From the NCBI GenBank assembly GCA_965261085.1, contig OZ253442.1, forward strand, positions 3,424,001 to 3,488,000: a stretch of 64,000 nucleotides of DNA, in the 5' to 3' direction. The translations under genes were made by a program, and so were the position numbers. How positions within the stretch are numbered: position 1 is the first letter of the stretch; each line of letters starts with the position of its first letter. Positions 21,761-30,934 of this stretch are shown one piece after another. The notes under the pieces were generated by a model that saw only the letters and a list, made by a program, of their open reading frames with translations, did no database searches and was not told where the DNA came from. The stretch comes from a bacterium. Its GTDB lineage: Bacteria; UBA8248.

Positions 21761-22456
21761 TCAGCGGGTCTTGTCCTCGGGCCCGGCAGGTGCGACGCGG
21801 ATGTCGCCGTACCAGCCCCGGGCCGAAAGCCGGCTGTTGTCGGTGTCGGTCATGACGGCGATGTGGGTGATCTCGGTGATGTCGCGGCCGAAAAAGCGCC
21901 GGAAATCCTCGCGCATGTTCCGGCGATGCGTCCGCCACTCTCCGGCGTGGCGCGCGCCTGAATCGACTGCGAACATGCGGGCCTTTTTCGTATAGGGGTT
22001 CGGCCAGGAGGAGCCTTCGGGCTGGCGGCTGGCCCAGACGTAGACCACCGAATCGGGAAAGGAGAGCATCCCGGCGCCGGGGGTGACGAAATAGACGCGG
22101 GCGGCGAAATCATCCCCTCCTTTCGACAACTCATCCGGCGGGTTGACCGGACGCTCGATTCGCCAGCGCCAGGTGAGAATCGGTGTTTTGGTGAGGTCGA
22201 TCTTGCGCTCGTACACGAGGCCGGACGCAGCCGCGTTGCTCACCGCCTCGAGGACGGTTTCGCCCCCATCGTCCATGGTCAAGCGGTATTTGGTCTCTCC
22301 TTCAAAGCTCTTGGGCTGCCAGCCGGAGAGGTCGCCCGCCGAGAAGCGGCCGAGCACAATCTCCTGCGCACGGGGGACGCCGGGAGCGAGCGCGAGAAAC
22401 GCGGTCAAAACGCAAAGAACAATCGCGGGGCATTTACGAAAACGGTACGGAAACAT
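21761..22456 (-). CDS. Exported DUF3047-family protein
   Basis: Signal peptide; ASGL, TPILTWRWRI, GDDFAARVY, YVWA, AVMTDTDN, YGDI. Confidence 0.8.
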   Translation of the reverse strand: MFPYRFRKCPAIVLCVLTAFLALAPGVPRAQEIVLGRFSAGDLSGWQPKSFEGETKYRLTMDDGGETVLEAVSNAAASGLVYERKIDLTKTPILTWRWRIERPVNPPDELSKGGDDFAARVYFVTPGAGMLSFPDSVVYVWASRQPEGSSWPNPYTKKARMFAVDSGARHAGEWRTHRRNMREDFRRFFGRDITEITHIAVMTDTDNSRLSARGWYGDIRVAPAGPEDKTR

Positions 22457-22466
22457 TCAGAAAACC

Positions 22467-23144
22467 TCAGCGGCATAAGGGCCAAATCTGATACCACGAA
22501 TCGCACCGGAACCTCGATTCGCAGCGCGCGAGCTGCGCCTTGTAGAGACGGGCGGTCTCGGCCACCCGCTGCGCGGCGCGCCTAACCTTGGGCTTCTTTT
22601 TCCACGTGCCGCGCCGGTAGCCACCCCTTCCTTCATGATAGGCGAGGTAGAGCCTGTGCGCGTCGTGTAAGGAGATGCCCAGTTCGCGCCGGGTCTTGGC
22701 GTTGTACCAGCCGACGAAGTCGAGCGCGTCCTGCATGCGCGAGCGGCTGCTCAATATGTTGCCGCGCTCCGCCTTGTAGTCCCGCCAGGTCTGGTTCAGG
22801 GGCTGCGCATAGCCCAGGGCCGTGGAGGCGCGGCCGAGCGGAATGAACAAGAACCACCTCATGGGCGGCCTGGCGTGGCTCTGAAAGCTCGATTCTTTCC
22901 TCACGAACGCCATGAGCACGTGCACCGGCGTGCCCCAGCGCTTCTCGGAGGCGCGAGCGTAGTCGTACCAGTCGGGCTGCTGATCGAAAACCGAGCAGAT
23001 GTTCCCCTGCCGCCTGGGCGTGGGCGTGACGCAGCCGCTCACGAGGAAAGCGAGGGCGATAGCGCCCAACAGATACCGGCGCCGGCGCGCACGAGGCGCC
23101 CGTTTCTCCCAAAAATCTATTGAGCGAAAACGTGAGTCCGACAT
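22467..23144 (-). CDS. Lipoprotein with lytic transglycosylase (SLT-like) domain
   Basis: Lipobox LVSGC; ESSF catalytic Glu, GYAQ, YLAYHEGRGGY. Confidence 0.8.
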   Translation of the reverse strand: MSDSRFRSIDFWEKRAPRARRRRYLLGAIALAFLVSGCVTPTPRRQGNICSVFDQQPDWYDYARASEKRWGTPVHVLMAFVRKESSFQSHARPPMRWFLFIPLGRASTALGYAQPLNQTWRDYKAERGNILSSRSRMQDALDFVGWYNAKTRRELGISLHDAHRLYLAYHEGRGGYRRGTWKKKPKVRRAAQRVAETARLYKAQLARCESRFRCDSWYQIWPLCR

Positions 23145-23214
23145 CGGCTCATCATCTCCATGTAGGGGCGGGGTGCGTTTGCCGTTCATTATCTCGTTAT
23201 CAACACGTTTAGCT

Positions 23215-23512
23215 GATCATTTTCGTCTAAAAGTGAGCGACAAGCGGCTTTGTGGTTCATACGTGAGCGTCAAAGCATCTCATTTCAATGATGGTGTTCG
23301 ACATATGGGCAAAGGCGGCTTTCGGTTAACAATAAAAATTTTCTCCATCCCCAAGTCACTCTCTCATCAATCTCACTCAAAAGTATCCGTTTGACACTTT
23401 GTCGGTCATTTTTAGCCAAAAGTGAGCGACAAATAGCTTTGTGGTTAATACGTGCACATCAAAGCAGTTTCTTTCGTGATACTCAAGATATGGGCAAGGG
23501 CGGCGTTCGTTT
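23215..23512. repeat. Two diverged ~110-bp intergenic direct repeats (23215-23327 and 23404-23512)
   Basis: Shared blocks aaaagtgagcgacaa, gctttgtggtt, atacgtg, tcaaagca, atatgggcaa, ggcggc. Confidence 0.85.
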
Positions 23513-24657
23513 TAGTTGAGCACGTGCTTGGCTATGACCTGGCGCAGGATTTCGTTCGTCCCCTCGTAGATCTGCGTCACCTTGGAAGCCCGGTAGAAGC
23601 GCTCCACTGGATATTCGCGCATGTAGCCGTTGCCCCCGTGGAGTTGAACGCCCTCTTCGGCGTTTCGCTGGGCGGCGTCGGTGGCGAATACCTTGGCGAC
23701 GGCGGCTTCGGGCGAATAGGGCTTCCCCGCCGCCTTGAGCCGCGCCGCCTTCAAGGTGAGCAGACGCGCGCCGTGGACGCGCGTGGCCATGTCGGCGAGC
23801 TTCCACGCAACGGGCTGGTGATCCTTAATCGGGACGCCAAACGTCTCTCGCTCGCGCGCATAGGCCACCGAGGCGTCGAGACACGCCCGCGCGAAGCCGA
23901 GCCCCTGCGCAGCGACGATGATGCGCCCCGAATCCAGTATCCGCATCGCCAGTTCGAAGCCCTGCCCCTCATCGCCCACGCGGTTTTCTTCGGGCAGTTC
24001 CACGGCGTCGAAGCGAAGCTCCGATATCGAGCAGCCGTGCATCCCCATCTTGTCCTCGCTGCGCACGACCTCGAAGCCCTCCACATCCGTCGGCACCAAA
24101 AAGACGCTCAGCCCCTTGTGGCGCATCGAGCGATTGGTCACCGCGAAGAGAAGGCACAGACCCGCCTGCTTGCCGCTGGTGATGAAGCGCTTCAAACCAT
24201 TGATGCGGTAGGCGTTCCCCTCGCGCACGGCGCTGGTGGTGAGCGAGGCGGCGTCAGAGCCCGCGCCGGGCTCCGTCAGGGCGAAAGCGCCGATGCACGC
24301 GCCGCTCGCCAGGCCGTGTAAGTATTTTTCTTTTTGCCCCTCGCTCCCGAAGCGATAGACCGGATCGCAGACCAGGGAGTTGTGAGCGGCGAAAATCGCG
24401 CTCGTCGAGGGACACGCGGCGGCGACTTCTTCGGTCGCCAGCGCCATCGACACGGGGTCCGCGCCCCCTCCGCCGTAGGAATCCGGCACCGTGAGGCCCA
24501 TCAGCCCAAGCTCGCCCATGCTCTTCACGACCTCCGCCGGGAAGCGGCCTTCGTCTATCTCCGCCGCCTGGGGAGCGATTTCGCGCTCACAGAAATCGCG
24601 CGTCATCCGGCGCACCATCTTCTGCTCGTCGTTCAAAAAAACGTCATCCGGCATCAA
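23512..24657 (-). CDS. Acyl-CoA dehydrogenase
   Basis: FALTEPGAGSDA, NGLKRFIT, EDKMG, QLHGGNGY, QIYEGTNEI. Confidence 0.95.
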   Translation of the reverse strand: MMPDDVFLNDEQKMVRRMTRDFCEREIAPQAAEIDEGRFPAEVVKSMGELGLMGLTVPDSYGGGGADPVSMALATEEVAAACPSTSAIFAAHNSLVCDPVYRFGSEGQKEKYLHGLASGACIGAFALTEPGAGSDAASLTTSAVREGNAYRINGLKRFITSGKQAGLCLLFAVTNRSMRHKGLSVFLVPTDVEGFEVVRSEDKMGMHGCSISELRFDAVELPEENRVGDEGQGFELAMRILDSGRIIVAAQGLGFARACLDASVAYARERETFGVPIKDHQPVAWKLADMATRVHGARLLTLKAARLKAAGKPYSPEAAVAKVFATDAAQRNAEEGVQLHGGNGYMREYPVERFYRASKVTQIYEGTNEILRQVIAKHVLN

Positions 24658-24832
24658 CCATGCCTCCGATTCACTCCATCTACCCGAACTATCAGAGCGA
24701 CAATGTAGCAGGCCCTTGCCCGAATATCACCCACGCGGCATCATGCGGATGAAATCGAAAATATGCGGTTTCATCCACCGATATGCTTCCTTGAAATTTC
24801 AGGGATTCGCTCGGGTCCCAAAGGAGAAAACC

Positions 24833-25813
24833 ATGGCGGAAACCATCAACGTGCTCACGAGAGAGGACGTCCTCGATAGTCTCAAGAACCTGCGCAAGGT
24901 GCAGGAGGTGGATTATTCAGCGCTTTATTCGAGCCACCTGGGCGGCGTGGTGACGGACCCCGCCCTGATGATCATTCCCTTCGACGATCACATGGTCCAC
25001 AGGGGCCACGGCATCTTCGACACCGCGGCCATCATCGAGGGGAAGATTTACGACCTGGAAAACCACCTGGACCGCTTCATCCGCTCGGCGGAGGCATCGA
25101 AGCTCGAACTCCCCGCCCGCGAGGAGATGCGCGAGATCGTCATCCGCACGAGCGCGCTCTCGGGCTGCCGCGAGGGTTCGATCCGCTACTGGGCTTCTTC
25201 CGGGACTGGCAACCTCGGGCTCATCCCCGCAGCGGACGCCAAGCCCGCCTTTTTCGTGATGATCTTCGGCGGCCTCGACTATCCCGAGCGCTACTACACG
25301 GAAGGCTTGAAGGTGATGACGACGACCTATCCCATCAAGCCGCCGCTATACGCCATCACCAAGAGCACGAACTACCTGCCCAACACCCTGATGCAGATGG
25401 AGGCGAAAGAATGCGGCCTCGACAACGGGATTTTCGTGGACGAGGCGGGCAACGTGGGCGAGGGCTCGAACATGAACTGCGCCTTCGTGACTGCAGAGGG
25501 CGTGCTGCGGCATCCTAAATTCGAGAACATCCTCTCGGGCTGCACCGTGAAGCGCCTGCTCGAACTCGCAAGCCGCCTGGTGGATCAAGGGGTCATCGCA
25601 GACGTGGTGGTGGACGACATTCCCGTGGCCGAGGCCAAGGCCGCCGCCGAGATGATGCTCATCGGAAGCTCGATATACGTCGCCCCCGTCGTGCAGTGGG
25701 ACGATCAGGTAATCGGAGACGGAAAACCGGGTCCCGTGACCCGCGCGATGCGCGAGTTGCTCGAAGAGGATATGCGCTCGGGCGAGGGAATGCTGATAGA
25801 AGTGCCGTATTAG
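24833..25813 (+). CDS. Class IV PLP-dependent aminotransferase (D-amino acid aminotransferase / ADC lyase-like)
   Basis: DHMVHRGHGIFDT, HLDRF, KSTNYL, EGSNMN, ILSGCT, IGDGKPGPVT; AAGGAG RBS. Confidence 0.9.
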   Translation: MAETINVLTREDVLDSLKNLRKVQEVDYSALYSSHLGGVVTDPALMIIPFDDHMVHRGHGIFDTAAIIEGKIYDLENHLDRFIRSAEASKLELPAREEMREIVIRTSALSGCREGSIRYWASSGTGNLGLIPAADAKPAFFVMIFGGLDYPERYYTEGLKVMTTTYPIKPPLYAITKSTNYLPNTLMQMEAKECGLDNGIFVDEAGNVGEGSNMNCAFVTAEGVLRHPKFENILSGCTVKRLLELASRLVDQGVIADVVVDDIPVAEAKAAAEMMLIGSSIYVAPVVQWDDQVIGDGKPGPVTRAMRELLEEDMRSGEGMLIEVPY

Positions 25814-25928
25814 TTATCTGACAAAACCTAAAGACGGCTTCTGCCGCCTCGCAGGCGGTGTGTCCGACGGGACCCTCACAAAGCGGACCGCGAACGCGTC
25901 GACCCACCAAAGCCGCGCCTTATGAATG

Positions 25929-26114
25929 TTTCTTCGGAGGGGCGTGGATCGCCTCGCCGTGCACGTCGATAGTGAATTTCGAGCGGGCTAGAAATTCCTC
26001 CATCACGATCATGGAAAAAGCGGGCAAGGAGTACTTCATCCGCCACTCCGCTTGAAAGCGAACACGCCTACGTTTTCTTCGGAGGGGCGTGGATCGCCTC
26101 GCCGTGGACGTCGA
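25929..26114. repeat. 41-bp direct duplication of the lpdA 3' end (25929-25969 and 26074-26114)
   Basis: tttcttcggaggggcgtggatcgcctcgccgtg[c/g]acgtcga, 40/41 identical. Confidence 0.95.
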
Positions 26115-27471
26115 AAGCCGCCTCCATCACGGCTTCCGAGAGCGTGGGGTGGGCGTGCATCGTCCGCGCCAAGTCCGAGGCGGTGACGTTGTGCTGCATG
26201 GCGACGGCGGCCTCGTGCACGATATCGGCGGCGTGGGCGCCTATGATGTGAACACCCAGAATGGCGTCATCCCCCGCGTCGGCGATCACTTTCACCTCCC
26301 CTTCTATCGCGCGTTCGGCCTGCGCCTTGCCCAGGGCGCGCACCGCGAACTTGCCCACGCGCACCGCATGCCCCGCCTTGGTCGCCTCGTGCTCCGCCAT
26401 GCCGACGACGCCGATTTCAGGATGCGTGAAGATGCCGGCCGGAATCGCCCGGTAATCCATCCGTATCTCGCCGCCCATGGCGTTTTCCGCCGCGGCGACC
26501 CCTTCCGCCGAGGCCACGTGCGCGAGCATGGGCTCGCCCACCACGTCCCCAGCCGCGTAGACGCCCGGGACGTTCGTCTCCATCATATCGTTCACCTGAA
26601 TCTCGCCGCGGGGCCCGAGTTTGACGCCGATTCGCTCAAGCCCCAGCCCGTCGGTGTTCATCGTCCGCCCAACGGAGACGAGCACGAGGTCGGCGCGTTC
26701 TTCTTCGTCCGAACCCTCGATTTCGGCGACCATTGCCCTGCCCTTGCGCGAGACGCTCGTTATCTTCTCACCCAGGCGCACCTTAATCTTTTGTTTTCTC
26801 AATTCGCGCGCCATGAGCTTGGAAACATCCTCATCACCTAACGGCAGGACGCGATCCAGCAATTCCACCATGGTGACCTCGGCGCCCAGCTCTCGATACA
26901 GACACGCGAATTCACACCCGATAACACCCGCGCCCACGATGAGCACTCTTTCGGGCAGTTTTTTCAAGTGCACGGCCTGTTCGGAAGAGATGATTTTTTT
27001 TCCGTCGATGGGGAAAGCGGGAATCTGGGCGGGCCTCGAACCCGTGGCGATGATGATCTTATCGGCGGATATTATCTCGTGCGTCCCGTCTTTTCCGCGC
27101 ACCGAAATTCTGCCCATATCGAGAATCTCGGCGTCGCCCGCCATGTGGTCTACTCCGTGAGCCTTGAACAGCCCGCCGATGCCGCGTACGAGGCCGGCGA
27201 CTATCTTGTCCTTGCGCTCCACCATGGCGGCCAAGTCCGCGCGCACCTCGCCCGTGACCTCGATGCCGTAGGCGTCCGCGTTCTTGATGTTCCTAAAAAC
27301 TTCCGCCGACGCGATTAAGCTCTTGCTCGGGATGCAGCCCCAGTTCAGGCAGGTGCCGCCCAACTCGTCGCGCTCGATGACCACGCAGCTTCCCCCGCTC
27401 TGGGCCACGCGCACGCCCGCCACGTAGCCCGCAGGCCCCCCGCCTATCACCGCCACGTCATACGCCGCCAT
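26068..27471 (-). CDS. lpdA: Dihydrolipoamide dehydrogenase
   Basis: GGGPAGY, GGTCLNWGCIPSK redox disulfide, IIATGS, HAHPTLSE; GGAGG RBS. Confidence 0.97.
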   Translation of the reverse strand: MAAYDVAVIGGGPAGYVAGVRVAQSGGSCVVIERDELGGTCLNWGCIPSKSLIASAEVFRNIKNADAYGIEVTGEVRADLAAMVERKDKIVAGLVRGIGGLFKAHGVDHMAGDAEILDMGRISVRGKDGTHEIISADKIIIATGSRPAQIPAFPIDGKKIISSEQAVHLKKLPERVLIVGAGVIGCEFACLYRELGAEVTMVELLDRVLPLGDEDVSKLMARELRKQKIKVRLGEKITSVSRKGRAMVAEIEGSDEEERADLVLVSVGRTMNTDGLGLERIGVKLGPRGEIQVNDMMETNVPGVYAAGDVVGEPMLAHVASAEGVAAAENAMGGEIRMDYRAIPAGIFTHPEIGVVGMAEHEATKAGHAVRVGKFAVRALGKAQAERAIEGEVKVIADAGDDAILGVHIIGAHAADIVHEAAVAMQHNVTASDLARTMHAHPTLSEAVMEAAFDVHGEAIHAPPKKT

Positions 27472-27586
27472 GTTTCCTCCTTCGGGTAATCCGCTCCACG
27501 AACCAAAAACCGCGCCCATTAGACCAAGGTTCCGCGCCGATGCCAAATGGGGGGGAGGTTCAGGCGTAAACCGCCCGGAATCGTCC

Positions 27587-27628
27587 TTGACAAGAGAAGC
27601 GCGATATTGTAGCTACAATGAGGCTACA
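27587..27628 (+). promoter_or_regulatory. Antitoxin promoter with palindromic operator
   Basis: TTGACA at 27587-27592; perfect 14-bp palindrome attgtagctacaat at 27606-27619 plus a further gctaca half-site. Confidence 0.65.
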
Positions 27629-27646
27629 CAAGAGGGGGACACCCGA

Positions 27647-27904
27647 ATGCCAACCGATACGGTCGTGCGCGCCCGAATCGACAGCGAAACCAAAGCCCGC
27701 GCCACGGAGGCGCTTAACGCGATGGGCCTTTCGGTTTCCGATGCGATTCGCCTGTTGTTGATGCGCGTGGCGGATGAGCGAAGGCTCCCCTTCGTCGTTC
27801 GCGCGCCGAACCCCGCTACCTTGAAAGCCATGAAGGAGTTGGATGAGGGCAAGGGCAAGAGATTCGAGAGCGCCGAGGCGCTGTTCGAGGATTTGGGTTT
27901 GTGA
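27647..27904 (+). CDS. dinJ: RelB/DinJ-family antitoxin (no adjacent toxin)
   Basis: VVRARIDSETK...MGLSVSDAIRLLL...RLPF...PNPATLKAMKE...LFEDLGL. Confidence 0.9.
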   Translation: MPTDTVVRARIDSETKARATEALNAMGLSVSDAIRLLLMRVADERRLPFVVRAPNPATLKAMKELDEGKGKRFESAEALFEDLGL

Positions 27905-27955
27905 TGTTTCGGCATCCGTAGTCACGTCGATAGAACTTTGGAAAGGAAAATCTAA

Positions 27956-29752
27956 ATGCAATGCGCGTACGGTCGAGACGGTGATTCCGCGTGTCAGTTC
28001 GATGATCAAGAAAATAAATCTGTGCTTGCGGACGATAAACTATGGTGTCCGTTCCATGCACCGGTTGAAGATGCGAGGGGCCTGCGAACAGTAAAAGGGA
28101 ACTGGCCAGACGATTATGTAAAGTGGTTTTATGAAAAAATATCGGAACTTCGTCATTATGCCCTTCAGGAACAAAAAACATTAGATTTGAGCGGCGTTGT
28201 TTTCCCCGTTAATGCAGATTTTGAAAGTAAGCAATTTCCTGAAGTTGACTTTTCTAATGTCCGATTCGAAGGAAGAGCCAACTTCCGAGGCAGTCGATTT
28301 TTAGGGAATGCTAATTTTCAGGATGTGGAATTCAGGGATAGGGTTCACTTCTCTCATGTCAAATTCAACGGCGGTAATGCCATATTCCAAAATGTAAAAT
28401 TCAAAGTAGGCGCGCTCTTTGAGGGCGCAGAATTTAGCAACAGCGACACTAGCTTTCAGAATGCCAAATTCAAAGGGAAGGCTACATTTCGCTTGACCAA
28501 ATTCGAAAAAAACAAAGTGGACTTCAGGGAAGCAGAATTTCTTGAAGCTGATTTTTCCGAAGCTCGATTCAATAACGAAAATATTGACTTCAAAGATACC
28601 CGATTCAATGGGCGTGCTGACTTCAGGGATACATATTTCGAAGGGAACGTTTTTTTCCAAAATGCTCGATTCATCGGTGGGGAGGCTATATTTTGGGACG
28701 CCAAATTCCAAGAGAATGCTGATTTCTCACGCACTAAATTTATAGGCGGTGATGCTTGGTTCAATAGAGCAGTATTCGATGGTCAAAATGCTGATTTTTC
28801 CCATGCGGAGTTTAGCGATGGACAAGCTGCTCAGTTTCCAGACGTCAAATTCCAAAGTTCCGTTTTTTTTGAAAATACCCGATTCAGCGACTGGGGAGCT
28901 CATTTCTTAAATACCGAGTTCAGTGGTGGATATGCTGACTTCCAGAATGCTCGATTCGAAGGAGATGCAATTTTCCTAAATGCACAATTCAGATCTGAAC
29001 GTATTCAGTTCCAAGGCTCCTGCGTCAAAGGATATGCCGACTTCACATCTCCGGGAAACAATAGTGATTTTGACGCTTTTCATGGCGAGGTTGATTTTTC
29101 AGGTGCAGAATTTTTGGATGAAGCGAACTTCAATAACCGGAAATTCAGGCAAGAAACCAGCTTTAGAAATTGCACCTTTCAGAAAGCGCCCCGTTTTCAT
29201 GACTGCCAGCTTCACCAGGAAACGGATTTCGCGGACGCCAAGTTTCTGGACACGGCCTCACACGGTTCGGCCATGGCATACCGAACGCTGAAACAGGATA
29301 TGGAGGAAAAAAGGGCGCGGCAGGAGCAGTTGAGGTTTTACGCCCTGGAGATGAAAAGCAGGCGGCAGACTGAAAAAAGTAAGTTTTTGAAGTTCATCTC
29401 CTGGCTGTATGAGGCGACATCCGATTACGGGCAGAGGATTTTTCGGCCACTGGCGTGGCTGGGGTATTTGTTCGCGCTTTTCACCTTTTTTTACGCGGCG
29501 TATTTCAAGGGACTGCTGGAACTGGATGTGGCGAAAATTCTGCCGCTGTCTCTTCAGTTCAGCATCAAGCAAATCATCCGCCCGTTCGGCGTATTCGGTT
29601 CTTCATCGGTTTCTGGGTATTTGGGGGCAATTCCATCTTCAGGCCTCTCATCCCTGCCCCTCATCATCGCAGCCACGCTTCAATCGCTCCTGAGCCTCAT
29701 TCTTCTGCTCCTGAGCGCTCTCGCCGCGCGCTGGCGCTTCAAGATCGGGTGA
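27956..29752 (+). CDS. Pentapeptide-repeat protein with C-terminal membrane domain
   Basis: Long run of (A/V)xFxxxxF repeats; N-terminal C...C...CPFH motif; C-terminal SDYG-RP and TM helices; AT-richer than flanks. Confidence 0.85.
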   Translation: MQCAYGRDGDSACQFDDQENKSVLADDKLWCPFHAPVEDARGLRTVKGNWPDDYVKWFYEKISELRHYALQEQKTLDLSGVVFPVNADFESKQFPEVDFSNVRFEGRANFRGSRFLGNANFQDVEFRDRVHFSHVKFNGGNAIFQNVKFKVGALFEGAEFSNSDTSFQNAKFKGKATFRLTKFEKNKVDFREAEFLEADFSEARFNNENIDFKDTRFNGRADFRDTYFEGNVFFQNARFIGGEAIFWDAKFQENADFSRTKFIGGDAWFNRAVFDGQNADFSHAEFSDGQAAQFPDVKFQSSVFFENTRFSDWGAHFLNTEFSGGYADFQNARFEGDAIFLNAQFRSERIQFQGSCVKGYADFTSPGNNSDFDAFHGEVDFSGAEFLDEANFNNRKFRQETSFRNCTFQKAPRFHDCQLHQETDFADAKFLDTASHGSAMAYRTLKQDMEEKRARQEQLRFYALEMKSRRQTEKSKFLKFISWLYEATSDYGQRIFRPLAWLGYLFALFTFFYAAYFKGLLELDVAKILPLSLQFSIKQIIRPFGVFGSSSVSGYLGAIPSSGLSSLPLIIAATLQSLLSLILLLLSALAARWRFKIG

Positions 29753-29846
29753 GGAATCGTGGCCGATGCGGGACGGACCACCGCGAGGACTTTTTCCTGA
29801 AACCGGGTTGGTAGTTATCACTCCCCCTGACGTGTGTTCCAAAATT

Positions 29847-30008
29847 ACTCCCCCCTTGAGGGGGAGTCGGCAAGGCTAGGACACAGTCCGTAGCCGCGCC
29901 GGTGAGGGGAGTTTCTAATTTAGCAAGCTTCCTCTCATGGCTTTCACCCCCCACCGCATCAGCCTTCGCCAAGGCTCGGCTTCCTCGACTCCCCCTCAAG
30001 GGGGGAGT
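29847..30008. repeat. REPIN-like element: two inverted 21-bp palindromic REP units around a spacer
   Basis: actccccccttgagggggagt (29847-29867) is the exact reverse complement of actccccctcaaggggggagt (29988-30008); partial units near 29818 and 30042. Confidence 0.85.
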
Positions 30009-30113
30009 GGTTCTTCTACCTCATCGGTCGGCAATTTTGTTCAAGGGGGGAGTGATTTCGAAGACTCCATTTCCGATCCTGCCCCAAACCGTTTCCCTAC
30101 TCCATCACGTTCC

Positions 30114-30617
30114 TTATTCCCTCAGTGCGGCTCTCAGATTGGACATCCTCAGCAGCAGCATGAGCGGCTCGCGATCCGAGAACCACCTAAAACCGAAACA
30201 CTCATAGAAATTTCTGGCCTCATCATCAAGCGCCTGGACGATGATGGCGCGCGCGCCGATGAGGTCGGCCGCCGCCAGGGCTCTCCGGCCTGCGTCCACG
30301 ATCAAATCGCCTCCCAGGCCCCTCCCCCGATAGTCCAAATCCACCGCGAGTTGTCCGAGGAGAATCACCGGAATCGGCTCGGGCATGCTTCTTCCAACGC
30401 GCGAGGAAACCCGCCGCCTTTCCACCGAGCCGGCCGCGAGACTATAGAACGCGACCACCCGCTCGCCCTCGCAGACGACATACGTCCGCGCGCCGCCCTT
30501 CGCCTCGTTCAAACGGCCCTTGCTTCGCAGCCAAGCGTCGAGGCTCTCTACACCGGAGTCGAACCGCGATACGTCATGATGCGCGCCGAGCGGCTCCGGC
30601 CCGGTTATCTCTCCCAC
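30114..30617 (-). CDS. GNAT acetyltransferase toxin (AtaT/TacT/KacT family)
   Basis: HDVSRFDSGVESLDAWL, PIPVILLGQLAVD, RGRGLG, ARNFYECFGF; downstream of a DUF1778 antitoxin. Confidence 0.92.
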   Translation of the reverse strand: MGEITGPEPLGAHHDVSRFDSGVESLDAWLRSKGRLNEAKGGARTYVVCEGERVVAFYSLAAGSVERRRVSSRVGRSMPEPIPVILLGQLAVDLDYRGRGLGGDLIVDAGRRALAAADLIGARAIIVQALDDEARNFYECFGFRWFSDREPLMLLLRMSNLRAALRE

Positions 30618-30862
30618 AGCGGCCTGCGCTTGAGACGCTCTCTCAAGCGCTCGTCCGATTCGGCGGGCGCATCGAGCACGGCGAGAAACGCATCGTAGGC
30701 TTCATCATCGAGCGCGATGACGGGCCGTTCGTTCAGCGCCTCTATCGCCGCCGCCTCACTCGCTCTGAGCACGAACTCGGTGCGCGTTACGCCCCGAATC
30801 TCCGCGGCCCTGTCGATCAGCTCCAGCCGCTCGTCTTTTACCCTCAGATTCATCTGGCCCAT
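30605..30862 (-). CDS. DUF1778 ribbon-helix-helix antitoxin (AtaR/TacA family)
   Basis: NLRV...LIDRAA...RTEFVL...LDDEAYDAFLAVLDAP; overlaps the toxin start; imperfect palindrome near 30909-30927 upstream. Confidence 0.92.
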   Translation of the reverse strand: MGQMNLRVKDERLELIDRAAEIRGVTRTEFVLRASEAAAIEALNERPVIALDDEAYDAFLAVLDAPAESDERLRERLKRRPLWER

Positions 30863-30934
30863 TTGCCGCCTCCATCAGTTTCGGGCATGGATTCGCCCCG
30901 TCCTGAATGTATATCATTCGTATATACGATTCGG

